A DNA stretch of 63,573 nt, counting the filler, from Choristocarpus tenellus KU-1152 (Eukaryota; Protista; Phaeophyceae), in the NCBI GenBank assembly GCA_964200185.2. It is 13 parts of 13 records of this genome, joined end to end, with 100 filler letters (N's around TTAATTAATTAA, not from the genome) between each part and the next. Parts side by side here need not be neighbours in the genome. Positions count along the whole stretch, not along the records: positions 18,695 to 26,425 come from CAXNAD020005668.1; positions 26,526 to 32,901 come from CAXNAD020008269.1; positions 33,002 to 37,733 come from CAXNAD020013292.1; positions 37,834 to 40,619 come from CAXNAD020024773.1; 9 more parts are not named here. One strand, given 5' to 3'. Under the pieces are notes generated by a model. The model was given only the letters and a program-made list of their open reading frames with translations, did not search any database and was not told the origin of the DNA. Shown here piece by piece: positions 26,301-37,864 of this stretch. How positions within the stretch are numbered: position 1 is the stretch's first letter; every line of letters starts with the position of its first letter. The position numbers were made by a program, and so were the translations under genes.

Positions 26301-26529
26301 GCATCAAGGGGTGTTGGTGGAGGTAGATGATGTAGGACTAGAACAATATGGAAAATGCCTTGGGGGAGGGGAGGGGGGAATCAATGAACGGGAAGGCGGA
26401 CCAGAATTGCACAAAAAAAAAACCCNNNNNNNNNNNNNNNNNNNNNNNNNNNNNNNNNNNNNNNNNNNNTTAATTAATTAANNNNNNNNNNNNNNNNNNN
26501 NNNNNNNNNNNNNNNNNNNNNNNNNGGAA

Positions 26530-27830
26530 CATCCAAGAGCTAGTCGCATGGCTACTAGAACGATCCCAGAGGACCAACAGACGTAGGGAGGCCCCTGGAG
26601 AGGACCCCAAGTCCCGCCAGGAACGTGCTGCAGCTCTGGGTCACCACCATGGAGGAATTTCCAAGGGAACGAACATGCTGCTAGCACAACCCAGATCCCC
26701 AGGGATGGAGGAGGCTTTCAATATACTGGTCCCTAAACACCCGAGTGAGAACCAAGATGAGCTTAGGCAGGTCATCACGGACGCAAAGACAGGGTACAAG
26801 GAAATGCAAGATCTGGAGAACAATGGTACTGCCCCCCTGAAGGGGAGTACACCCCCACCTCCCTTCGAGAAGCCTTCATGAGGGCTAACAGCAACTCGGC
26901 ACCAGGCCCTGACAGGATGCGCCCAAGCCACATCAGATCAGCTATCGCGACAGATGTTGGTCTTGAGGAAGTGAGCAAATTTGTCTCAGGGGATACGAGC
27001 TTTGCCCTTTTTGTCCGTTTTAGCTTGGCTTCCCACGGGCTTGAAAGACTGTTCATACTCCGAAATGTTTCGGAGTCGGTGAAATGTGTATGTTATGAAA
27101 AAATGTGTCCAGAACAAGGATATTGACACTCCCTAACAAACATAATAGCCAAAATTAAATCAAAATCGCAACATTGGATTTTGGCCCTCAACCGGACACG
27201 GCTCTACCCTCTAAGATACTTTGACTCAAGTGGCAGAGGCGTTTGCAAAACTATGGGAGCTAGCCTACACCTCCCCAGACTCCCCACCCCTAGAGTTCTG
27301 GACACTCCACATCAACTCCAGACTGTCCACAATCGGGGAGAAGTGTCGCCCAGTTGCCTGTGGGTCTTTTTTTAGGAGGGCATATGCTTAAGCTTTCTGT
27401 ACAGACTGGCGCCCCTACCTAGAGGAATTTTTCGTGGGAGTAGGACAATTTGGTGTCAGGGTCCCAAATGGCATTGAATGTGCACTCCTGGATATCCGCC
27501 CTAAGGATTGAGTGCGGAGAATGGGTCATCAGTCTGGACGGAAGGAATGCTTTCAACAGCGTACGCCGCTCAGCCTTCACCCAGGCCTCCTATCTTATGT
27601 CTCTAAGGTATATGGGAATACAAGGAATCTTCTTTTCCCCCTAGATAAGGGAGGGACGAAGATTCTACCATCGAGATCTGGGGCCCAATAGGGAGACCCA
27701 CTAGGCCCCTTCTTATTTTGCTTGGCAACACACAAGGCCTTGCAACAGGTACAATCAGTCTTTGGACCCCCAGGGGTTTCCTCTCGGAGCTGTCTGGATG
27801 ACACGTCCATTTCGGCGAGGGGGTAGGGGG
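26530..27830 (+). mobile_element. Degenerate CRE-clade non-LTR retrotransposon reverse transcriptase, interrupted by MITE-B
   Basis: SAPGPDRMR, GQFGVRVPNG, SLDGRNAFNSVRR, SGAQ*GDPLGPFLFCLA and SCLDD match CRE/SLACS-type RT motifs (D..NAFNSV.R; GVQQGDPLGP; AYLDD). Confidence 0.82.
26973..27227. mobile_element. MITE family B nested in the CRE RT
   Basis: TSD AAGT/AAGT; removing the element restores the reading GLEEVAEAFAK. Confidence 0.88.
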
Positions 27831-28342
27831 GGTAGGGCATATAACCTGTTATTGTACATGTATGCAAGGGCTCTTTTGGTCAGATTTGTGAGTGTTGGTA
27901 GGGTATCTTTGATGTGAAGTGTTCTAGGGCCTACAAATCTGTTCAATCCTTAGAAAGAGAATTAATTCAGATGCAAAATAATCTGAAGCAACAGGGTTGT
28001 GGACTATAACCACTTGTCACACCCTTGGCACAGAGACATCTTATATTGAAGTTTGCATCTCTGCTTCAGGGTCAAGTATAGTTCTTCTGGTGTCATCCTG
28101 AGTCCAACATTCCCAATAAAGAACAGCATGAAGATTGACTTGTTAGGAGATATTTGGAAGATTAATGTTAACATATGCACCAATGAGAACGTAAAAATGT
28201 CAACACAAGCTCAATAGGATGCTTTCGCCTTCTATGGTCCCCTGGCCTATATATTTTTAACTCTTTTCACTCTTTCTCAATCTTCAAGTCTCTCCATCAG
28301 TAAATCAACACCTTCCAGGAGACTTGCATACTTATGACTGGA

Positions 28343-28526
28343 GGCTTAAAGTATCCACGGGGGGGTGGCAGCTGTTCATTTGGGGTCATTTTTTTCATGT
28401 CGCAATTTTTGGGTCATTTTGTTTTGGTTGCATATGTCGGATGGATAATGTAAATACACTTTTCCTGATTTTGGCCCTAATGGAGACCCTGTTATAGACC
28501 CTTCCCCCCCCAAGATACTTTGGGTC
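28343..28526. mobile_element. MITE family A
   Basis: A-type TIRs; TSD TGGA/TGGA. Confidence 0.9.
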
Positions 28527-29985
28527 TGGAATCACTATGCTTTTTGCCAAAGAACTCGTATTCCTTTAGATCCGTGCCCATCTGTTTAACCTTGTATTTA
28601 CCACAAAGGTGATTTCCTTCCTTCTGTTTTACCCCCGATTTTCTTCCCATTTTTTTTCCCAAGTGACTGAATTCCTGCGAATGACTGTTTTATGTGTACT
28701 TGATAATTTCATGTGTTCTAGGCTTCAGTTTAGAGAGATATCTACTAAGAAGTGCAAATATGTTATTCACTGCGGCATGGCATCTCAAGTTTCACCAGTG
28801 TGAGAAGTATATTCCATGCAAAACATCCTTTCCACTAGCTTCACCAGGGACAGGGTTTAAAAAATTAAACATGTCAAGAAGAATCCGGTGGAGGGGCTTG
28901 TGCATTTCACAGATGTCAGAAGTGCCTTACTCTTGTACTTCAGAACATGCTGTTGAAGGATCCATGTGCTGTCTCTTGTGATGATCATGAATGAAGAGCA
29001 ATGTCTTAGTCCTTCACACCAGTCTCAACTCTTCTTCGCTTGAGAGGTTGAAGCATATGTCAATTTGCAACCTCAGTCAAAACATTGCCTCAGTTATAGA
29101 GGCGTTTTTCCGTCTCGCTTGGTACAATGCGTACCATAGTGCATAGGGTCTGACAAGTTGACTCAACACAAGCACAATGACAAAGTAATTTCACAGCTTG
29201 GACAATTGAACCCCCAACCTGTATCTGAAAAAAAAGCATTGCCAGGTCAAAGCTTTGATGAGCGACTCTCTCTATGGTGAAAGCAGGGGGAAGAAAAACA
29301 CAATCACTGGGGATGATCCATCTGCAGTGCATGGGCAGGAACGGTGTATGGAGAACATCACAGGGTGCCAGAAGGCCTCAGAAAACAATAAAGTTGGAAA
29401 GCAATCAGAGCAAACAGAAACACAGGGCAATATCAACGATTCCTGGATAGGGGTAGGGGTAGGAGCAGGAGGAGAGACTGTTGGACGAGCTAGGGGTGAT
29501 CAATGTGAGGAAATGGGGGGGAAGCAGTGCCATTTGTCTAGGAATGGTTTAGGGGGTTGGGCCCTGAGCCGGGGCAGTACAGAGAACTCCTTGGCCGTGA
29601 GTGAACAGGAACAGCATCAGGTGGGCTTGGAAAAAGGAGGCCTCACGTGACAATCAAGAGTGGACTCGACTGGGTCTCTTCGTTGTGAGAATGAGTGCCA
29701 CTGCTGCAAGTAAACGTTCCTAAGGCAATCTTGAAGTGAGTTTGCGATTAAATCCAAGATAGGGAGATTTTTAAAGGCCTATTGAGTGTGTAACGTTTTG
29801 TGTTCGAGGGAAATATTGTTGGGGTAAAACGGTGCTCTCAAGCGTACGAAATACAATAATTTTCTCTTGGTCAAAGTGTGAAACTCTGACTCTGCATGCT
29901 CTGAGAAATACAGGTAGGAGTTTGAGGGCCCAGGTGCTATTCTTTGCCATATGCCACTATATATGTGTGCTTCCGACCATGTCAA

Positions 29986-30162
29986 GGGTCAAGGTATCTG
30001 GGGGGGGGGGGGGGGTTTGTGAGGGGGCGTCCGTTTCTGTCAAATTCTTTTTTTAGCTGACATTTCGAATCCGACACGTGCGACTAAATCACACCAAAAA
30101 AGTGAAAATCGAAAAAAGGGTGAAAAACGGACGCCGACACCCCCCCCCAGATACTTTGACCC
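29986..30162. mobile_element. MITE variant A' (A-type TIRs, different interior)
   Basis: GGGTCAAGGTATCTGGGG...CCCCAGATACTTTGACCC; subterminal ggcgtccgttt/aaacggacgcc; TSD TCAA/TCAG. Confidence 0.85.
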
Positions 30163-30564
30163 TCAGTCTTCTTCTTCTTTGCTTTGGTTACACTGATTGG
30201 GATTCCAGAGTATCAAGTCAATCACTGAGTTGTTACGCATGGACCAACTCGACCAAACAATCATGTGATTTGTTCATCCCTGTCCCATCTCCTCCTTTAC
30301 TGCTGGAGTTGCCATTTATTCACACAAGCATACTCCAGTGCAACATATTCAGAGTACATGCTTGCGAAGTATATATGTTACCTGGTGGGATTTTGAAGGT
30401 ACCCCATTTGATACACAGCTATTTGAATAGGTAAAGTAGCGGGAAGATAGAAGCGAAGGACCAGTCACTGGATGGATGTGTTCTATTGCACTTATCACCA
30501 ACTGCCATCAACTATCGGGACAGAACCTTAAGCACTTGTTGTGGAGAGTCCAATATAAAGTGGT

Positions 30565-30733
30565 GGCTCAAAGTATCTGGAGGGGGGTGGGGAAAGGGGT
30601 CTACAGTAGTGTGTCCATTTTGGTCTTGATGAGGAGAAGTGCACTTACATTATCCATTCTACACATGCAACCAAATGACCCAAAATTTTCCAAATGGACA
30701 GTCGCCACCCCCTCCCCCCAGATACTTTGAGCG
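30565..30733. mobile_element. MITE family A (internally shortened)
   Basis: A-type TIRs; TSD TGGT/TGTT. Confidence 0.88.
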
Positions 30734-30999
30734 TGTTGCAGTTGAACGCAAATACATACAGGTATGGGAAATGGTTCGTATACTTACTAATGGTAAATAC
30801 TTACCAATCTAGTGCATCGTGCAATGATCTCCTTGAAAGCGTATGAGGCAGTTATGAGAAACAGTAGAAAGCCGCCACAGGAACACATAATCTTTATCAG
30901 GAGACACCCATGTTCGATTAGACTCTTCCAACTCAATTGGACAGTTCTGGTAAATTGTATTTGGAGTGAGAGAACAATCATTAGTGATTAAGTTTGATT

Positions 31000-32780
31000 C
31001 TAACCTTTTATTAGTGATTAGTTATACGAGAATATTTCTCATGTAAAAGGAAATATTCTGATTATATGGGATGCTGCATGCCCCACTTAACGTTAACCAA
31101 TCACTCTACAGACATCAAGCAATCTCCCTGGGTTGATCACCTTTATTATTTTTGATGACTTGGGCGATACTTTAACACAGTATATTGAACCTTAGGTTTC
31201 TAACCCATCATTTCATCATGTCTTCACATGGAGATGAGATTCCACCTGTTCCTGTCGAGGGCCCATCTGTTCAAGAATTCCAGCAGCTTATGGCGACAGT
31301 AGCGGATCTGTCAAGAAATGTTGGCAATCTCATGTTGCAGTCTGATAGAGTCGGTGACGGAAAAAATCCTGTCATCCAGGTGGCTATGCCCAGCACACGG
31401 CCTCCTGCTGGGCGTGTACTCAGTCGAAGTGGGTGCTGTGGAACTGATGTTGAGTGAGAATTTCCCAGAGAGGGGAAACAGTTCGGATGCTGCAAGCGTC
31501 AGACGTGAGGCGAGTCGGAGGTCCAATTCTTCGACTGGGGTCAGGCGCGCATATTGTTCACCCTAAGAGGTCAAGGGCTCAGTCACCCAAATTATTGGAC
31601 GACTTGGACTACCAGGACTGGCAGAGGTGCTTCATCGTGCATTGTTGATATACCCACTACCTGGGTGCGTTGACAAGTGAAAGACCATTTAACCAAAAAT
31701 GCTCCTATGAGGAACCTCTCTCGGATGGGTTCAGTGCGAATGATATCTGGATGGTCGAAGAGGCTTACTATGCACTTATTGTTGCTCTTGTCACACCTAC
31801 CTACCACCAGGGCTCTGTGCTATACGCACCAAAGCCCAAGCGAGCTTTTCTGAGCAGTAGACGAATGGTTCATGCCTATTACAGCGGGTATAATAGCTAA
31901 CATTTCTTCCGTGAGTTTTCTCTTCGTAGGTGGAGAAGGGGGCGAATCCGCTCCAGACCTTAACCCAATTGGAGGAGCTACAGGGGAGGATGCTATCGAT
32001 GGACCTCATCTCGGACAAGCTGCTGCTCCTCCTACAGTTTCTGAGTGCACTCGGATCACATTACAATACCGAGATACTCATGATGGTCTGGCAGAGGACA
32101 GTATGTCGAGCAGACGTAGAGAAGACAGTCCGAGAGCGATATGTTTCCCTTCATGAGGGAAAGGAGTCAAGAGACAAGAACAGCCACGCTTTGGTTGTTA
32201 ACAGCTCATCACAGAGGAAGGGTCAGTCTGTCTCATCGTAACGCCAAGGTCGTGGGGTGGAACGTAAATTTCATGGTGGAAGAAAGAAAAATGGTCTTAA
32301 TTCTAACCTTAAAAGTTCCCAGAAGGTTCCTTGCGAGAGAGGTGTGGTAAGAATGGACGCAAGAAGGGAACTTTCCCCTAGCCGCATTTGCACCAAGTGT
32401 GGTGGACGTGCCCATGATGCTACAGCATGTACTTCAGTATTCATGACGATGGTGGAGTTGAGGAAAGAAAAGAACGAGACCGAGGTGAAACCTTCTCACA
32501 TTACTGTGGAAGGTGCGACCAGCAGCGACGACAATGAGTGGTACACACTACTGGCCACCACTGATGACTTTCCGAGCGGCAATGCTCCAGGTAAGTGTGG
32601 GGTAAATGAATGTTTGGTGTCAAGTGTTGGGGTGGCCGCGAAAGAGAAGAGTGGACTTTCGACAGTGTGGCTACATGTCACATGACAAATATGACGACAC
32701 ACATGACTAAATAAATGCAAGCCTTGTGTAGAAGATCGAGGGGTAGTCACTGCCAGTCAGAATTCCTTTCGCATTGCCAG
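31000..32780 (+). mobile_element. Degenerate Ty1/Copia LTR retrotransposon, copy 1 (partial LTR, gag, start of protease)
   Basis: Colinear with 38060-40050; zinc knuckle CTKCGGRAHDATAC; many frameshifts. Confidence 0.88.
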
Positions 32781-32901
32781 GGTTGAATACAAGATTTGGG
32801 ACATGTGCGACATTGTGGAGGAGTATGTCTACTTCCTTGTGTTAAAGTATCCCCAAAATCATCAAAGAGGATAAAGGTGATAAACCCGGCGAGATTGCTT
32901 G
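32781..32901 (-). mobile_element. Inverted fragment of the same Copia family: LTR 3' end joined directly to protease-region sequence
   Basis: The reverse complement of 32840-32901 matches the LTR end at about 38177-38238. The reverse complement of 32781-32840 matches about 40087-40147. Confidence 0.85.
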
Positions 32902-33955
32902 NNNNNNNNNNNNNNNNNNNNNNNNNNNNNNNNNNNNNNNNNNNNTTAATTAATTAANNNNNNNNNNNNNNNNNNNNNNNNNNNNNNNNNNNNNNNNNNN
33001 NCCCGCCCCCCCGGGGCCGCCCCCCCGCGGCGGGTTGGGGGTGGGGACGGGGGGTCGGGGGGGGGGGGGGGGGGGGGCTTGCTTTCCTTACCTTGTCCTG
33101 TTATCCTCGGGAAGTGCACCCTTTCTTTAGTGCATTTGGAGCTGTGCCTCCACACTTAGGTGTGGTTGGAGGACTCTTGCACCAGGGGGGGGGGAACATT
33201 CTACGTTTTATTTTTATGTTTATATTTGTAATTTTTTGTTCTGAACTTGAATGAAAAGAAAAAAGAAAATGAGAGTGTCGTGGAAGTTTTTTTTCTCAAT
33301 GTATATTTTTTGTTGGATGTACTGAGAGTTTTTATTATTGTTTATGAAAATGTTGCATCTCCTTATTTTATTTTATTTTTTAATGATTTTTTATACTCGA
33401 GAAATGCGACATAACTCCTGAATAATGGTGTCAAAATGTATAATTATAGGGGACATAATCGTGGTTTTGAAAAGATTCGAAGTCAACATCATCGGAACCA
33501 AAACGTGTTGGAATCAGTCGGGTTTTTATTTTCTCTGTGGTCAGTTGTATTTTTGGTGAGATAATTATACTCCAGGAGATTTTATTATTTGTTTTGAGTT
33601 TTTTTGTTTTGCAGGTGTAGATGGTTTTTCATTGTGCACACAGCTAGACCAGTACTGTTGTTGTTGTTATTATTATTATTATTATTATTATTGTTTTTAC
33701 CTTTTTTTGGTGATTACCTTCCCCCTTCCTCTCTGACCACTACTTGCTGGACTGGACTGGACCGGTCTCTACTCTCATTTTGAATTCGACTTGATTTGAT
33801 TTGATTGGTTGTTGTGGATTGGTTGGTTGTTCTGTGCTGTATTTGATACCCTCTGGTTGTGAAATTTGACTTCTTTTTTTTTCCCTGTGATTTTTTTTAT
33901 GTGTACATGTTTGTCTGTCTGTCTGTCTGTGTATTTTGTTTTTGTTTTTTTTCAG

Positions 33956-36162
33956 AGGAAATTGTTCACTCTCTACGCCCTGGTTGAGATGATGTCATTG
34001 CTATACCGAACCTTGCTTCCTGTGCCGGTTTGGCTTGAGTACTACAGTGTTGGCACCAGCTACTTCGGAGGCTTTTACCTTGTGCTCAAGGTAAGATAGA
34101 GGCATGGAGGGGCGTAGGTGTCGATAGAGGCAAAGCTGTTGCTGGGTGGAGAGTCTCCGCCCGTTTGCTTGGCTTGGCTTGGCTTGGCTTGGCTTGGCTT
34201 GACTTGGCAATAATTTTGTGTGTTTAATTGTTAGAAGTTGGGGTGTCTTTTTTTGTTTTTTTTGGGGGGGGTGAGGGGGTGTTAAATTTATTTTTTTAGT
34301 GCAGTAGTGTTCATCAAAACCCCTTTTTTTAGTAGTTCTGAGTAGTTTATTTGATTTTTAAAATGAGAACCGGGTCGGCAAAGTTTTGAAGTTGATTTTA
34401 TCGTTGAAGTAAAATGGAAATCGTGAGCGAAACGCACGAGGTGAGATGCGCAAAACGCGCGTTGGGTGCTGGCTGTGCTGCGGAGTCCCGCCGCAGGTGT
34501 TGGTGCTGGAAATGTCAGGTTAAAAAAGTAACTGCCTGTTTTCAGGTTTCAACTCCTCTTTATTGATTTTTTGTTTTGTTTTTTTTTGGGGGGGGGTTGT
34601 GTACTGTCACGTGCATGTTGTGAAAAAAATATATGTTTTGAGGCGCAATTCCAGGTATTATTTAGAAATCTGGTTGTGTTTTTTTTGTTTTGAATTGGGT
34701 GGAAGATTCTGTGGGGGAGGGGGGAGGAAATTGAAGTATGCAGAATGTGGTGTTCTTTTGAATGAGGGGATCAATCAATCCTCACAGAGGGAGTTCAGTG
34801 TATATTTTTTAAATAATGGAGGTGGGGGGGGGTCATAAGAATTGAAACAGGTGTAGACGTGAGGTTAATTTAGGCATTGGCAAAGATACTATTAACCTCT
34901 TTTATGCTTTTTGTAGTGGATGGTGTTTCCACACCAATCCCTCTCGTTAGTGAGTATGAAGTTGTCAAAACAGATCAGATAAAAATAAAAAATTATGACT
35001 TGATTGCTTGTTCCTCTCCGTAATGCCAGTGTTATTTTCGACGGCAAATACACTCTTCTTCTGGCTTATGCAATGATGTTCCCAACCCTTGTACCTTCGC
35101 GGTACCGGTACCCTTTTTATCTGTTACACACTTGGTACCCATTTATCTGTTACATTTGTTCTTCAACCACCCACCCACCAACCCACCCACCCACTCGCCC
35201 CTTTCTCCATCTCTGGCCTCCTCTCCATGGCTTTTGACTGTGCCTGGTGCCTGGATACATGAATGGACTCTTCTGGTGGCATACACGTCTCTCTCTATAT
35301 ATATATATGCTTGTTTGATCTGATTAAGGGTATGGTCTTTTCCTATCAAGCAGAGCTGCTGATACGGTCTGTCTGCTTCATTCAAAGAGGGGAATTGGTA
35401 AGGCGTTTTTATTGCGTTGGTTGGTTTGGGTTGTCGACCCCCAGTGTCAAAATTGAACCGATGCGTCCTCTGGATTAGAAGGAAAAAACAAACTAATATC
35501 TGATGTATCTAATGAATTTCAAGCGATTGTGTGATGAGGCAACTGTATCCAAATCATGCGTAGAGGAATAGATTGAAAGAGGTGGGGGGGGGAGGGGAGA
35601 GGACTCATCTCGACCCATCTGCAGTTGACCCTAACCCTGAAAATAGTGATACTAGGCTGTAGACGCACGTGCCTCTGCGTGTCGTGTCCTGTATTGCATT
35701 GGCGTACAACCATAATTCTGCAGTTGCACGAGTATGAGATAGTGATTGTGGCAGCTAGGTCTGGATGGTTGATCTCGGTGTGTGTGAACAATAAAGAGGT
35801 AGTGATGATGCTTTTCCCTTTTGATTATGGTGAGTAAGGCTTTTTCTGTCACGTCTTTGAATGTGTAGTGAATAGTGAATAAAGTATTGAATACATTAGT
35901 GACTACAATAGTGAATAAAGTATTGAATACATTAGTGACTACAATAGTGAATAAAGTATTGAATACATTAGTGACTACAATAGTGAAGGCGGTGCTGGTG
36001 TGGAGTGTGCGACAGGTACCTTTTGAGTTGTGTCCTTTGTCTGTGATGTACCTGAATGCACACTAGGGTTGCTTGTTTTTGTTGTACTTGAGAAGGGATG
36101 TCATAGGTTTGTCCATTTGTGAAAAGTTTAGTTATTGATTTCCGGGTTACTGGTCCAGTACA

Positions 36163-36207
<45 letters not shown>

Positions 36208-37331
36208 TTCATTTTTCAATAGAGTTGAAAATCAGCTCATCTCTTGGGAGATGGAGGATCTGTTCATTTTTGAAATAGGGTTCCACTCTGACAAAATTTA
36301 AACCCGAACAATGTAACAAGACAATATATTGTGCCTAAAATGGTGAGTTCAAACCCAGGATCGTTTTTCTTTTTTTTTCGACAGGGTTTGGGAAAATATG
36401 CTTCGTTGGAAGAGGTGGTGGAGGCGGGATCTCCGGATTGCTCTATATGTTGTGATAACATGCAGCGCCCAGTGGTTCTTCCCTGTAAGCACCTCTTCTG
36501 CGATGAGTGTGTTTCTGAATGGTAAGCTTGAGGTTTGTATGGGGGGATGAAGGCGGTTAATGCAGTAGAAGAACGGAGTGGGCGATTTCGTTTTTATCAA
36601 GAAAAGTTTGGTGGTTTTTGTGTCCTGTCTCTTCTGTGTTGTAATGCCGTCGGTGTGTGTTCTTTGTGGCACCAAGGAGGGCGAAGTGGTTCTACAGAGC
36701 GCCACAGGAGAGTATTTGGGGGTTTGGTAGAATGACCCCCACAATAGATGGATGTCCTGCTAAGTATCTCTGGGAAACCTTTTTGCCTTAGCAATTTGAA
36801 GTAAGATACTTTATTCTTTTTTGCATGCCCTGCTGCGCTAGAGTACGTGGTGAATGTTGGCATCAGTTGAATTCACTGTTTCCACTCACAAGGGTTGGGG
36901 TTAGGGTGTGAAGGCATTTTTCCATATACGTGTTACTTTTTTTCTTTTTTTCATCAACAAATTTTCCTTCCCGTATGTAAAGGATCTCAGCAGTGTTGTA
37001 GATCTTGGTAAGGCGTGAGTGAGTGGTAGTGAGATACGGCTACCTCTACCCCCTTCCCCACTCCCCTTTAGAATGATACCTGCATCGTTGGGATTTCTTC
37101 TGCTTGTGAGGCATTTTGGTTTGATCTTGCGGTGGCGCTGAACCCCCTCTTGACTCTTTTTTTGCTGTTTTTTGTCTGTAACCCCCCCCCTTCCCCTTCC
37201 CCCCGCTGTTCTCACCCAGGTTAGAAAGGGAGCGTACTTGCCCTCTCTGCAGGGCAGAGATACCGAGCTCAAATCCAATTCCACAAAGATTGAGGGACGG
37301 TCGAACATCGCTATTTCCGCAGTTGCTTTGA
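33956..37331 (+). CDS. RING-finger and transmembrane-domain E3 ligase (RNFT1/2-like), 3' part. Exons 33956-34090, 35329-35397, 36385-36521, 37220-37331
   Basis: In-phase GT-AG exons give [83 protein letters not shown] (C3HC4 RING plus RNFT-type tail). Confidence 0.92.
35871..35987. repeat. Intronic perfect tandem repeat, 36 bp x 3.2
   Basis: Unit aatagtgaataaagtattgaatacattagtgactac, no spacers. Confidence 0.95.
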
Positions 37332-37864
37332 TGTGTAGAGTATGTTCGCTGTGTGTTGTAACTGTAGGCAGGCATTGTGCAATGCAATGGTTGAGACGGG
37401 AGGCAGAGACGCCCTCTGTCATCGTCCGTCTTGGTCTCTCTTTTTGTTTGTTGTTAATCGGTGGCATTTTAAGGAGTGTGTGTGTGTTTGTGTGTGAGAG
37501 TGAAGAAATTGTTGCTTTGAAGGGATTGGATGTGTGCTCGATTGGGGGATTGAATCGTGGTTTGAAGGGAGGTTTTACGAGGGGAAGTGGAAGAACTTGA
37601 ACTTTGTGAGACGACGAATTAAAGGATGTTCGGACCAGGTGCATTGGGGGAGGGGGGGGGGGGGGGGGGGGGGGGGATGATGACGTGTTTTTTGTTGTGG
37701 TTGGGGGTCGGGAGGGGAGAGGCGGGTACCGCGNNNNNNNNNNNNNNNNNNNNNNNNNNNNNNNNNNNNNNNNNNNNTTAATTAATTAANNNNNNNNNNN
37801 NNNNNNNNNNNNNNNNNNNNNNNNNNNNNNNNNATCCTCAAGGTGGGGGGGTGGTGCTCTCCCT

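Noticed and set aside
35871-35987. 36-bp repeats as a CRISPR array
   Set aside because: Units are directly adjacent with no spacers, lie in a eukaryotic intron, and no cas genes are present.
36901-37644. 247-aa minus-strand ORF
   Set aside because: Antisense to the last RING exon and its low-complexity flanks; no recognisable domain.
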